Of a stretch of DNA of 57,607 nucleotides, positions 43,378-51,822 are shown in pieces. Origin of the DNA: an uncultured Bacteroides sp. (GTDB taxonomy: Bacteria; Bacillota; Clostridia; Christensenellales; CAG-917); NCBI GenBank assembly GCA_964624745.1, contig CAZUZK010000003.1, forward strand, positions 1-57,607. Direction: 5' to 3'. Under the pieces are notes generated by a model. That model made no database searches. It worked only from the letters and a program-made list of their open reading frames with translations, and was not told the DNA's origin. Position 1 is the stretch's first letter; each line of letters starts with the position of its first letter. The position numbers and the translations under genes were made by a program.

Positions 43378-43782
43378 TCAAAGCTCGCTGTTTGTAAACC
43401 TAAACGGCATGATTTCGTCAAAGCCGTATACCTTGAAATCGTCGGGAGTGCCTAGCACGACCTTGAAGTCCTTGTCGCAAAACTCGGACATAACCTGACG
43501 GCACACCCCGCAAGGAGTGCAGTCCGTGGATATTTCGCCCTCTCTGCCCCCGACTATCGCAATACACTCAAAGCGCGTTTCGCCCTCGCTGACCGCCTTC
43601 GCAAATGCCGTGCGCTCCGCGCATATAGACGGTGTATACGCCGCGTTTTCGATGTTACAGCCGGTGTATTCCTTTCCGCTTTTTCCCACGAGAACCGCGC
43701 CTACCTTGTAATGAGAATACGGAGCATAAGATTTGCTACGCATCTCGTTTGCAAGGCTCATGAGTCTTTTATAATCCTGCAT
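43378..43782 (-). CDS. cdd: Cytidine deaminase
   Basis: It is 134 aa with the zinc ligands ..CAERTAF.. and ..PCGVCRQ... An AAGGAGGAAG SD precedes the start. Confidence 0.95.
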   Translation of the reverse strand: MQDYKRLMSLANEMRSKSYAPYSHYKVGAVLVGKSGKEYTGCNIENAAYTPSICAERTAFAKAVSEGETRFECIAIVGGREGEISTDCTPCGVCRQVMSEFCDKDFKVVLGTPDDFKVYGFDEIMPFRFTNSEL

Positions 43783-43804
43783 ATCTTCCTCCTTATCGCA
43801 AAAA

Positions 43805-44968
43805 CTATTTGCGCACCTGCGACAAAAAGCTTTCGCCTGCGGTGTCTTTTTTATCTACGCCGAGATATTCAAGCACGGTTGCGCTTATGTCGGCAAACGA
43901 GCTTCGAGTGCCGAGATTCACGCCCGATTTGATATTCTTGCCGTAGACGAGCATGGGCACGTATTCGCGAGAATGGTCGGTTGATGGCGTGGACGGATCG
44001 CAGCCGTGATCGGCGGTGATGATAAGAATATCGTCGTCGCGCATATTCGGCAGGAACTGCCCGAGCTGAACGTCAAATTCGCTCATTGCGTTTGCATAAC
44101 CTGCAACGTCGTTGCGATGACCGTATTTCATGTCGAAATCGACAAGGTTGACAAAGCACAAGCCTTCAAAATCTCTCTTTTGAAGCTCGAGAGTCACTTC
44201 CATTCCGTGAGTATTGCTTGTCGTTCTATTCGACTCGCTCACGCTCTTCCCGGCGAAAATATCATAAATTTTGCCGACGGAAATTGTGGCTAATCCTTGC
44301 GCCTTGAGAAGGTCAAGCATCGTCGTGTGCGGCGGAATAAGCGAATAATCGTGTCTATTTGCCGTACGCGTATACGGATATTCGCCGTTGAACGGACGTG
44401 CAATGACTCTGCCTACGCCATGCTCTCCCTGCAACAGCTCTCTTGCGATTTCGCAATAGCGATAAAGCTCCTTGACGGGAACGACGTCCTCGTGCGCCGC
44501 GATCTGAAATACGCTGTCCGCTGACGTGTAAACGATAAGTGCGCCCGTTTCAACGTGTTCTCTGCCGTAATCCTTGATGACCTCCGTCCCGGAATAGGGC
44601 TTGTTGCACAAGGTTTTTCTACCCGTGCGCTTTTCAAACTCGGCGATGACGTTCTGCGGAAATCCGTCGGGATAAGTCGGCAGAGGCTTCGGAGAGATGA
44701 TACCTGCAATTTCCCAATGCCCTATGGTGGTATCCTTGCCCATCGACGTTTCTTTCATACGCGCAAAGCTCGCTTTGGGTGAAGCAATGCCACCGCCGAC
44801 GGTATCGACGTTGAAAAGTCCGAGGTCTATAAGATTGGGACAATTAAAATGCTCGTCGTTGCGTATTGCGCCCAGCGTATTGCTGCCCTCGTCGTGCCAA
44901 AGATAAGAATCCGGCATTTCGCCGCAGCCGCAGCTGTCAAGCACTATAATAAAAGCTCTTTTGCTCAT
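43805..44968 (-). CDS. deoB: Phosphopentomutase
   Basis: MSKRAFIIVLDSCGCGEMPD.. together with ..ITADHGCDPS.. matches the DeoB metalloenzyme family. It is 387 aa with a GGAGG SD. Confidence 0.95.
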   Translation of the reverse strand: MSKRAFIIVLDSCGCGEMPDSYLWHDEGSNTLGAIRNDEHFNCPNLIDLGLFNVDTVGGGIASPKASFARMKETSMGKDTTIGHWEIAGIISPKPLPTYPDGFPQNVIAEFEKRTGRKTLCNKPYSGTEVIKDYGREHVETGALIVYTSADSVFQIAAHEDVVPVKELYRYCEIARELLQGEHGVGRVIARPFNGEYPYTRTANRHDYSLIPPHTTMLDLLKAQGLATISVGKIYDIFAGKSVSESNRTTSNTHGMEVTLELQKRDFEGLCFVNLVDFDMKYGHRNDVAGYANAMSEFDVQLGQFLPNMRDDDILIITADHGCDPSTPSTDHSREYVPMLVYGKNIKSGVNLGTRSSFADISATVLEYLGVDKKDTAGESFLSQVRK

Positions 44969-44992
44969 TTTTTGCCTCCGATATTCAGCATA

Positions 44993-45700
44993 TTATGCAA
45001 GCTCGAGCGCAATTTCCATCATCTTTGTGAAAGAATTTTGACGCTCTTCCGCAGTGGTGTTCTCCTCGGGATAAATAAAGCTATCGCTTACGGTGCAGAT
45101 GCAAAGTGCTTTCTTGCCGGCGCGCGCCGCGTTGCAATATAACGCCGCGGATTCCATTTCGACGCCGAGAACGCCCATCTTTGCCCATTCCATTCCGCTG
45201 TTCGCGTCGTCGTAGAACATATCGGACGAGAAAATGTTGCCCACCTTATAATTTACGCCCTCGCGCTCGCAAAGCTCTGCCGCTCTGCGCACCAAATCAA
45301 AATCCGCAATCGGGCAGAAGGTGCCGGGCAGATTGTATTGCATGGCGTAATTGCCGTTGGTGCAAGCACCCATTGCAATAATAATATCCTTTGCATGAAG
45401 GTCCTTATCGAAAGAACCGCACGAGCCTATTCTTATGATGTTTTTCACGTCGTAGAAATTGAAAAGCTCGTAAGAGTAAATGCCGATTGCCGGCTGTCCC
45501 ATGCCCGAAGCCATGACGGAAACGCGCTTGCCCTTGTAATAGCCGGTATAACCGTTTACGCCGCGCACGTTGTTTACGAGAACAGCATTCTCGAGAAAAT
45601 TCTCCGCAATAAATTTTGAGCGGAGGGGGTCGCCCGGCATAAGAACCGTATCGGCGAAATCACCTAATTTTGCAGTGATATGAGGGGTTGGAATTGACAT
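44993..45700 (-). CDS. deoD: Purine nucleoside phosphorylase, DeoD type
   Basis: An ATG at 45700 is preceded by a GGGAGA SD. MSIPTPHITAKLGDFADTVLMPGDPLRSKFIAENFLE..NNVRG..YTGYYKGKRVSVMASGMG is nearly collinear with E. coli DeoD. Confidence 0.95.
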   Translation of the reverse strand: MSIPTPHITAKLGDFADTVLMPGDPLRSKFIAENFLENAVLVNNVRGVNGYTGYYKGKRVSVMASGMGQPAIGIYSYELFNFYDVKNIIRIGSCGSFDKDLHAKDIIIAMGACTNGNYAMQYNLPGTFCPIADFDLVRRAAELCEREGVNYKVGNIFSSDMFYDDANSGMEWAKMGVLGVEMESAALYCNAARAGKKALCICTVSDSFIYPEENTTAEERQNSFTKMMEIALELA

Positions 45701-45886
45701 AATCTTTTTCTCCCTTGATGTATTTATTTTTTTGTTATTTTGCAAAACCAGCGTTTTATATGTACACTTTGGCACGTTTAACACTTGATTCTGCAATTTG
45801 TTTTTATAGCGTTTATGCTCATACGCGCACTCATACATATAGACTCATGCGCATATGAGCAATAGATTTTATGCACGATATTACAA

Positions 45887-46555
45887 TCAATATTCGCCGT
45901 CTGCTTCTTGCTTTTTGACGATTTTGACAATACGGCTGGTGCCCAATCTTTCCGCTCCGAGCGCGACAAATTCCTCTGCGTCCTCTATCGATGAAATTCC
46001 GCCTGCCGCTTTCATTCTTACGTCCTTGCCGATATGCTCGCTAAACAGCTTGATGTCGGCAAACGTCGCTCCCGCCTTTGAAAAGCCCGTGGAGGTTTTG
46101 ATGAAATCCGCGCCTGCGTCCGTCACGATTTTGCACATCGCAATCTTTTCTTCGTCGGTGAGCAAGCAAGTTTCGATAATGACCTTAAGTATGTTGCTTC
46201 CGCAAATCTGCTTCAACACTCTTATTTCGTTTTCGACGTATTCCAAATTGCCTGCTTTAAGCTCGCCGATATTGATAACCATATCGATTTCGTCCGCGCC
46301 GTTGTCGAGCGCGTCTTTGGTTTCGTACGCCTTTGTCGCCGTGGTGTTGTAGCCGTTCGGGAAGCCGATAACGGTACAAATCGCAAGCTTGTCGCCAACG
46401 TAATCCTTTGCGCGCTTTACGAAGCTTGGCGGAATACATACCGACGCCGTGCCGTATTTAATGCCGTCGTCGCAAATACCCTTGATGTCTTCCCACGTTG
46501 CGGTTTGTCCCAAAAGGGTGTGATCGCACTTGCTCAAAATATCCTTGATGTCCAT
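45887..46555 (-). CDS. deoC: Deoxyribose-phosphate aldolase
   Basis: It contains ..CDHTLL.., ..ASVCIPP.., ..[10 protein letters not shown].. and ..[10 protein letters not shown].. (Schiff-base Lys). It is 222 aa. Confidence 0.95.
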   Translation of the reverse strand: MDIKDILSKCDHTLLGQTATWEDIKGICDDGIKYGTASVCIPPSFVKRAKDYVGDKLAICTVIGFPNGYNTTATKAYETKDALDNGADEIDMVINIGELKAGNLEYVENEIRVLKQICGSNILKVIIETCLLTDEEKIAMCKIVTDAGADFIKTSTGFSKAGATFADIKLFSEHIGKDVRMKAAGGISSIEDAEEFVALGAERLGTSRIVKIVKKQEADGEY

Positions 46556-46570
46556 ATATGCACCTCTCTA

Positions 46571-47518
46571 TTATTTTTCGTTTTCGGAGTCGAGCTTTGA
46601 CAGCTCAACGGCTATAAGAGAAGCGAGCCTTGCGTTGTTGAAAACAAGCTTAATGTTGCTCTCAAGGCTTTCGCCTCCCGTGATTTTTTGTATTCTGTCA
46701 AGCAAAAACGGAGTGATGTTTTTGCCCTTTATCCCCTTACTTTCCGCCTCTTCGACGGCAGTGGATATAACGCTCTCGATATAATCGGCGTCCATCGAAT
46801 ACTGCTCTGGAATAGGATTACAAACAAGCATTCCGCCACCCAAATTCAAATCGCTCTTTGCGCGTATCGCACGTGCGATTTCAAGCGGCGATTCCATACG
46901 CCAATTCACCTTATGTCCGCTCCTTCGCGTAAAGAACGCGGGAAGCTCGTCCGTGCCGTATCCGATAACGGCTACACCCTTTGTTTCCAGATACTCGAGC
47001 GTAAGCCCCAAATCGAGAATGCTTTTCGCGCCTGCGCAGACAACGTTTACGGGCGTAGTTGCAAGCTCTTCCAAATCGGCGGAAATATCCATTGAGGTTT
47101 CAGCCCCTCTATGCACGCCGCCGATACCGCCCGTTGCAAAAACCTTTATGCCTGCAAGGTGCGCAAATATCATAGTGGAAGCAACGGTGGTTGCTCCGTC
47201 AAGCCCCTTTGAAACGACGACGGGAATATCGCGCCTGCTTGTTTTCGTCACAGACAACCCCGCTTTGCCCAAATGCTCTATTTCCTCTTTCGAGCAACCG
47301 ACGGTTGGGACGCCCTTGATAATTGCGATTGTCGCAGGCACCGCGCCGTTTTGTCTTATCACCTCTTCAACCTCTAATGCGGTTGATACGTTTTTCGGAT
47401 AAGGCATACCGTGCGAGATTATAGTCGATTCAAGCGCAACGACAGGTCTTCCGTCGGCAAGCGCGTCACGCACCTCTTGCGATATTTTAATCGGATAGTA
47501 ATTTGTATTTGTACTCAT
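46571..47518 (-). CDS. psuG: Pseudouridine-5'-phosphate glycosidase
   Basis: It has IndA/PsuG signatures (..VVALESTIISHGMPYPKN.., ..ATGGIGGVHRG.., ..DISADL.EL). The start is taken as the ATG at 47518 (MSTNTNYYPI..) with an AAGGA SD. Confidence 0.9.
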   Translation of the reverse strand: MSTNTNYYPIKISQEVRDALADGRPVVALESTIISHGMPYPKNVSTALEVEEVIRQNGAVPATIAIIKGVPTVGCSKEEIEHLGKAGLSVTKTSRRDIPVVVSKGLDGATTVASTMIFAHLAGIKVFATGGIGGVHRGAETSMDISADLEELATTPVNVVCAGAKSILDLGLTLEYLETKGVAVIGYGTDELPAFFTRRSGHKVNWRMESPLEIARAIRAKSDLNLGGGMLVCNPIPEQYSMDADYIESVISTAVEEAESKGIKGKNITPFLLDRIQKITGGESLESNIKLVFNNARLASLIAVELSKLDSENEK

Positions 47519-47529
47519 ATATTTCCTTG

Positions 47530-47657
47530 AACACTTTTCGTGTTGCAGCCCGCTTGTACCGCCCAATAGTACACATTTCGTGTTTTTAACTTGGCTTTGT
47601 ACAGCATTTTTACGTCGTTTGCGCTGTTTTTAGACAAAATACAGCACGTTTCGTGTT
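47530..47657 (-). promoter_or_regulatory. Three copies of a 13-nt hairpin/inverted-repeat motif (minus strand AACACGAAANGTG) in the udk-psuG spacer
   Basis: The + strand motif CACNTTTCGTGTT occurs at 47532-47544, 47572-47584 and 47645-47657, identical at 12 of 13 positions in all three copies. Each copy is internally self-complementary: AACAC/GTGTT, ACAC/GTGT and CACG/CGTG. The proximal copy ends 2-3 nt before the psuG SD. Confidence 0.5.
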
Positions 47658-47663
47658 TTGTGC

Positions 47664-48278
47664 TCAATCTTTTATTCTTCTCAAAATTGCGTTTACGATC
47701 ATTTCGTAAGCAACCTTGTTGTGTCCGCCCTCCGGCACGATAATATCCGCAAGCCTTTTAGACGGCTCGATAAAATGCTCGTGCATCGGCTTAACGGTTG
47801 TCAAATACTGCTTGACAACGGATTCGAGGCTTCTTCCGCGCTCGTTTACATCGCGCGTGATTCTGCGGATAATTCTCACGTCGGCGTCGGTATCGACGTA
47901 AAGCTTTATATCCAGCATATCGACGATTTGCGGATTTTGAAATGCCATAATTCCTTCAAGAATTATAACTTTTTCACTTTTTGTCTCTATCCACTCGTCG
48001 CATCTTGAATGTGTGGCAAAGTCATAGGTCGGGTGATAAATGGTTTCGCCGTCCTTAAGCTTTTTGAGATGCTCTATGAGCAAATCCATATCCAACGCGT
48101 CGGGGTGGTCGTAATTCGTTTTGCATCTTTCCTCAAAGGAAAGCGCCGGATTGTCCTTATAATAGCAATCCATGCTCAACATAACCGCGTCTTTACCGAA
48201 CGCCCTGTGTATCTTGTTGGCAAGCGTCGTTTTACCGCTTCCCGTGCCGCCTGCGATGCCGATAACTATTCTGTCCAT
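47664..48278 (-). CDS. udk: Uridine kinase
   Basis: It has the P-loop IGIAGGTGSGKTT and ..YDHPDALD.., ..ILEGI.., ..RRI.RD.. motifs. The ATG at 48278 lies 7 nt after the tdk stop. Confidence 0.95.
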   Translation of the reverse strand: MDRIVIGIAGGTGSGKTTLANKIHRAFGKDAVMLSMDCYYKDNPALSFEERCKTNYDHPDALDMDLLIEHLKKLKDGETIYHPTYDFATHSRCDEWIETKSEKVIILEGIMAFQNPQIVDMLDIKLYVDTDADVRIIRRITRDVNERGRSLESVVKQYLTTVKPMHEHFIEPSKRLADIIVPEGGHNKVAYEMIVNAILRRIKD

Positions 48279-48285
48279 ACTCACC

Positions 48286-48882
48286 TCACAAATACAAGCC
48301 CTTGGCTTCCTGCTCGGCTTTCTTTTTCAGCCAGCATTTCCTGCACATAGCAACGTACCTATCGTTTCCGCCAAGACACACCTGTTCGCCCTTGAAGACT
48401 ATATTGCCGTGATCGTCCATACGCGCGTTCACGGTGGCTTTTGAGCCGCACTTACAAACGGATTTTATCTCGCTTATAGATTCGGCGATTTCAAAAAGAC
48501 GTTTGCTTCCCGGGAACAAATGCGTCGTAAAGTCGGTGGCAAGCCCGAAGCACAGCACGGGAATATCGTAGTCTATGACTATCTGTCCGAGTTGATCGAC
48601 CTGTTCGGGCGCAAGGAACTGGCACTCGTCCACGATAATAACGTTGCACGAGGAATAGTCCCTTTTGTACATGGCATACAAATCCTCCGTCTGCGCAACG
48701 GCTATTGCTTCCGCGCTCAAGCCTATTCTTGATCTTGTGATAGTCGCGCCGTCGCGATTATCTATTGCGGGCTTGAGAAGCATGACCTTCATGCCGCGCT
48801 CCTCGTAATTGAACTTTGTGATGAGCGCCTGCGCCGTCTTGGAACAGCCCATTGCTCCGAATTTGAAATACAGCTTTGCCAT
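48286..48882 (-). CDS. tdk: Thymidine kinase
   Basis: It has FGAMGCSKTAQAL (P-loop), ..IVDECQFL.. and C-terminal zinc-ribbon cysteines (C.CG..A.......C..C). Confidence 0.95.
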   Translation of the reverse strand: MAKLYFKFGAMGCSKTAQALITKFNYEERGMKVMLLKPAIDNRDGATITRSRIGLSAEAIAVAQTEDLYAMYKRDYSSCNVIIVDECQFLAPEQVDQLGQIVIDYDIPVLCFGLATDFTTHLFPGSKRLFEIAESISEIKSVCKCGSKATVNARMDDHGNIVFKGEQVCLGGNDRYVAMCRKCWLKKKAEQEAKGLYL

Positions 48883-48923
48883 TTGTATACCCTGTGTTTT
48901 ATTTATCCTTTAGTGAAATATGC

Positions 48924-50225
48924 TTATTGTATTCTGTCGAGAACAAGCGGCGTTTCTTGCGGTTTTTCCTCTCCGATTTGAGTTGACGCAAGGAATTTTG
49001 CCTTGGCAGGAGCGAGCTTATCTTTTACAGACGTGTACATAATCGCTATATCCTCGCCCTCGCTTACGTAGTCGCCCGTCTTCTTAAGAAGAACGATACC
49101 CGCAGAAAAGTCTATGCTTTCCTCTTTTGTGTTTCTACCTGCGCCGAGCAGCAAACTTGAAATGCCGTAGCCCTCGGTATCGACGTGGGTTATATAACCG
49201 CTTCTCGGAGCCTTTACGGCTTCGGAATACGGAGCAACCGCAAATTTGTCGGGGTTATCGATACATTCCACGTCGCCGCCTTGCGCCTTAACCATCTGCT
49301 TAAACGTTTCAAGCGCACTGCCGCTCCGTATCGCCTCGCGCACCATTTCGTCGCATTCCTCTATAGAGCCCTTGCCTGCAAGATAAAGCATATTCGAGGC
49401 AAGAATAAGGCATATTTCGGTGAAGTCCTCGGGGCCGTGTCCGTTTAGAGTATCTATTGCCTCCTTGACCTCGAGCGTATTTCCTATCGCATTGCCCAAG
49501 GGCCTATCCATATCCGTGATAAGCGCAAGCATTTTCTTGCCTGCCTGCTTGCCGATTTGAACCATTACGCGCGCAAGCTCTCGGCTATCCTCGAGCGTCT
49601 TTGCAAAGGCGCCGCTTCCCGTCTTGACGTCAAGCACTATGCAATCGTCGTCGGCGGCAAGCTTTTTGCCCATTATGCTCGACACCACGAGAGGAAGGCT
49701 GTCAACGGTAGCCGTTACGTCGCGAAGCGCGTACAGCTTCTTGTCTGCAGGCGCAAGCTCCTTGTTTTGTCCGACGATGCAAACGCCTATTTCATTGACG
49801 TTTTTGAGGAATTGCTCCTCGTTGATATCAGTACAAAAGCCGGGGATCGACTCGAGCTTATCGATGGTTCCGCCTGTATGGCCAAGTCCTCTACCGCTCA
49901 TTTTGGCAACCTTAACGCCGAGCGACGCCACAAGCGGAGCAACGACCAAACTAGTCTTATCTCCGACGCCGCCCGTTGAATGCTTGTCCACACGTATACC
50001 GTCTATCGAAGAGAAATCGAGGCGTTGTCCCGAATCGCGCACCGCGAAAGTCAAGTCGGCGGTTTCTCTAAAACTCATGCCCTTATAAAAAATCGCCATC
50101 AACAGTGCCGAAGCCTGATAATCGGGAATATCGCCGTTGACGTAGCCGTCGATAAAGAAGTGGATTTCCTGCGTCGAAAGCTCTCCGCCGTCGCGTTTCT
50201 TTCTGATAATATCGTACATTCTCAT
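48924..50225 (-). CDS. pdp: Pyrimidine-nucleoside phosphorylase
   Basis: MRMYDIIRKKRDGGELSTQEIHFFIDGY..DKHSTGGVGDK.. is collinear with B. subtilis Pdp. A GAGGAA SD precedes the ATG at 50225. Confidence 0.95.
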   Translation of the reverse strand: MRMYDIIRKKRDGGELSTQEIHFFIDGYVNGDIPDYQASALLMAIFYKGMSFRETADLTFAVRDSGQRLDFSSIDGIRVDKHSTGGVGDKTSLVVAPLVASLGVKVAKMSGRGLGHTGGTIDKLESIPGFCTDINEEQFLKNVNEIGVCIVGQNKELAPADKKLYALRDVTATVDSLPLVVSSIMGKKLAADDDCIVLDVKTGSGAFAKTLEDSRELARVMVQIGKQAGKKMLALITDMDRPLGNAIGNTLEVKEAIDTLNGHGPEDFTEICLILASNMLYLAGKGSIEECDEMVREAIRSGSALETFKQMVKAQGGDVECIDNPDKFAVAPYSEAVKAPRSGYITHVDTEGYGISSLLLGAGRNTKEESIDFSAGIVLLKKTGDYVSEGEDIAIMYTSVKDKLAPAKAKFLASTQIGEEKPQETPLVLDRIQ

Positions 50226-50304
50226 AAACTTTCCTCTTGCGCACACGCGTACGCACTTTTATTTGTTGCTAATCTATTATACTACATAAAACGAAAGAAA
50301 AAAA

Positions 50305-50345
50305 GACTAAAATAAAAATAATTGCACGCAAACGTGCAATTATTT
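50305..50345 (-). terminator. Rho-independent terminator after the lipoprotein paralog pair
   Basis: The core stem is ATTGCACG-CAAA-CGTGCAAT, extended by A/T pairs. On the minus strand it is followed by ATTTTTATTTT. Confidence 0.8.
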
Positions 50346-50369
50346 CAAATTTTGAGTTTTATTTTGTTC

Positions 50370-51740
50370 TTATTCCTCTTCGAGAGTAAATTCGTCGACA
50401 TCTTCCTGCGCAACCTCTTCCGCGGATTCATCGTTTTCGGCGTCCACGCCGAAGGCTTCGTCTATAGGCTCGTCGCTAGGCGTTGCGTTCACGTCGCCCT
50501 CGTTGATTTTTGCGTTTGCTTTTTCTGCCTTTTTAGCTTGACGTTTTTCCTTCTTCTTCGCGCGATACGCCACAAGTTTGGGAAGCTTGCCCTTCTTTGC
50601 GAGCACCTCGACCACTACGACGACAACGATTATCACAAATGCCACGCACCCGAGCACGATACCCAATATCTCGAAGAATCCGAGCTTTGCCTCGACAAAA
50701 GCGGGATTGCTGTAATAATCGATATAGTCCTCCACCGAGAACGTGATTGCGTCCGCCTTATCGATGCTTTCGTCCTGTTTGAGAAGTTCCATTATTTCGT
50801 TCTCGTCCCAGATATACGAAAATCTATCGACCGGCGCGCCGTCGGCAAGACCGGACTCACTCAATCTGTCCGAATGTGATTCATAGCTCTTTGCATAGCC
50901 GTTGTCCCACACCTCGAGAGTCGCCTCATAGGAGTTGTAGCACTTGATTTCTTGACCGCCTTCCTTCATATCTGCCTGCGGCATTGCATACCACTGCTTG
51001 ATAAGATCTTCGTCAGCGTCCATATCCACGGAGAATTTGACGGTATAATAGCCGTTTTCAAAGGTAATCACAGCGTCCTCTGCAATGATATCCTCGCAGA
51101 AATTCATATTGTTGATTTCGTGTATAGCCGTAAGTACGTGCAATCTATCGTTAAATTCGGCAAGCGTCATCGGCTTCTCAAACGCGTTTGCGTTGTCGGG
51201 AATACCGAAGCTCGCATACGGAAAAACCGTCAAGGAGCAATCGCATCCGTACTTTCCGCCCAAATCCGAAAAATAGTAATACTGTCCGTCGCCTTGAGTG
51301 TAGCCGACCTTAAGATAGCCTGCGATTTCGGTCACGAGCGTCTGCATAAACGAGCTGTTCGAGCTGACCTCGGTTGCAAGCTGATAGTACCACTTATCGC
51401 CGCTACGCAAATTGAACGCGTGCATAATTACGCTGCCGAGCGGTATACCTGCGTCGCTTTCCTGAACGACAAGCGAGAGCGGCGTGTTCAAGCGGCTTTG
51501 ATTTGCCGTATTGTACAACGTCATAACCGCGCGTTTTTTCTCTTGAGCGGTCGCGTCCTCTTTCATACCGGATTCGATAATCGCCAAATCCTTTGCGGTG
51601 AAAAGGCTCGAATAATTCGGTCTGGAGCCGGTCGGAAGCTCAAATTCCGCAGGGGGCGTGGTGTTGCACGCCGTAAACGCAAAGACTACGCCGAGCAAAA
51701 GCACGATGCACATAACGATGCTTACTGTTTTCTTGTTCAT
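50370..51740 (-). CDS. Lipoprotein with an additional C-terminal TM helix and a charged cytoplasmic tail (paralog 1, 456 aa); unknown family
   Basis: An ATG at 51740 is preceded by GAGGAA. MNKKTVSIVMCIVLLLGVVFAFTAC-NT provides the lipobox. It has a roughly 370-aa ectodomain, a TM helix (FFEILGIVLGCVAFVIIVVVVVVEVL), then KKGKLPKL, a K-rich stretch and an acidic tail. Confidence 0.8.
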   Translation of the reverse strand: MNKKTVSIVMCIVLLLGVVFAFTACNTTPPAEFELPTGSRPNYSSLFTAKDLAIIESGMKEDATAQEKKRAVMTLYNTANQSRLNTPLSLVVQESDAGIPLGSVIMHAFNLRSGDKWYYQLATEVSSNSSFMQTLVTEIAGYLKVGYTQGDGQYYYFSDLGGKYGCDCSLTVFPYASFGIPDNANAFEKPMTLAEFNDRLHVLTAIHEINNMNFCEDIIAEDAVITFENGYYTVKFSVDMDADEDLIKQWYAMPQADMKEGGQEIKCYNSYEATLEVWDNGYAKSYESHSDRLSESGLADGAPVDRFSYIWDENEIMELLKQDESIDKADAITFSVEDYIDYYSNPAFVEAKLGFFEILGIVLGCVAFVIIVVVVVVEVLAKKGKLPKLVAYRAKKKEKRQAKKAEKANAKINEGDVNATPSDEPIDEAFGVDAENDESAEEVAQEDVDEFTLEEE

Positions 51741-51822
51741 AATTTTCCTCATGCGACGCACAAGTGCGGTCGCGTTTTTCTTTTTGTAATCGGTTCTTGC
51801 TTAAGCGCAAGATATTTCGGGA

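Noticed and set aside
45840-45875. A cre-like (CcpA) site in the deoC-deoD spacer (minus strand TGTAATATCGTGCA).
   Set aside because: The central CG is displaced relative to the WTGNAANCGNWNNCW consensus, so it does not align.
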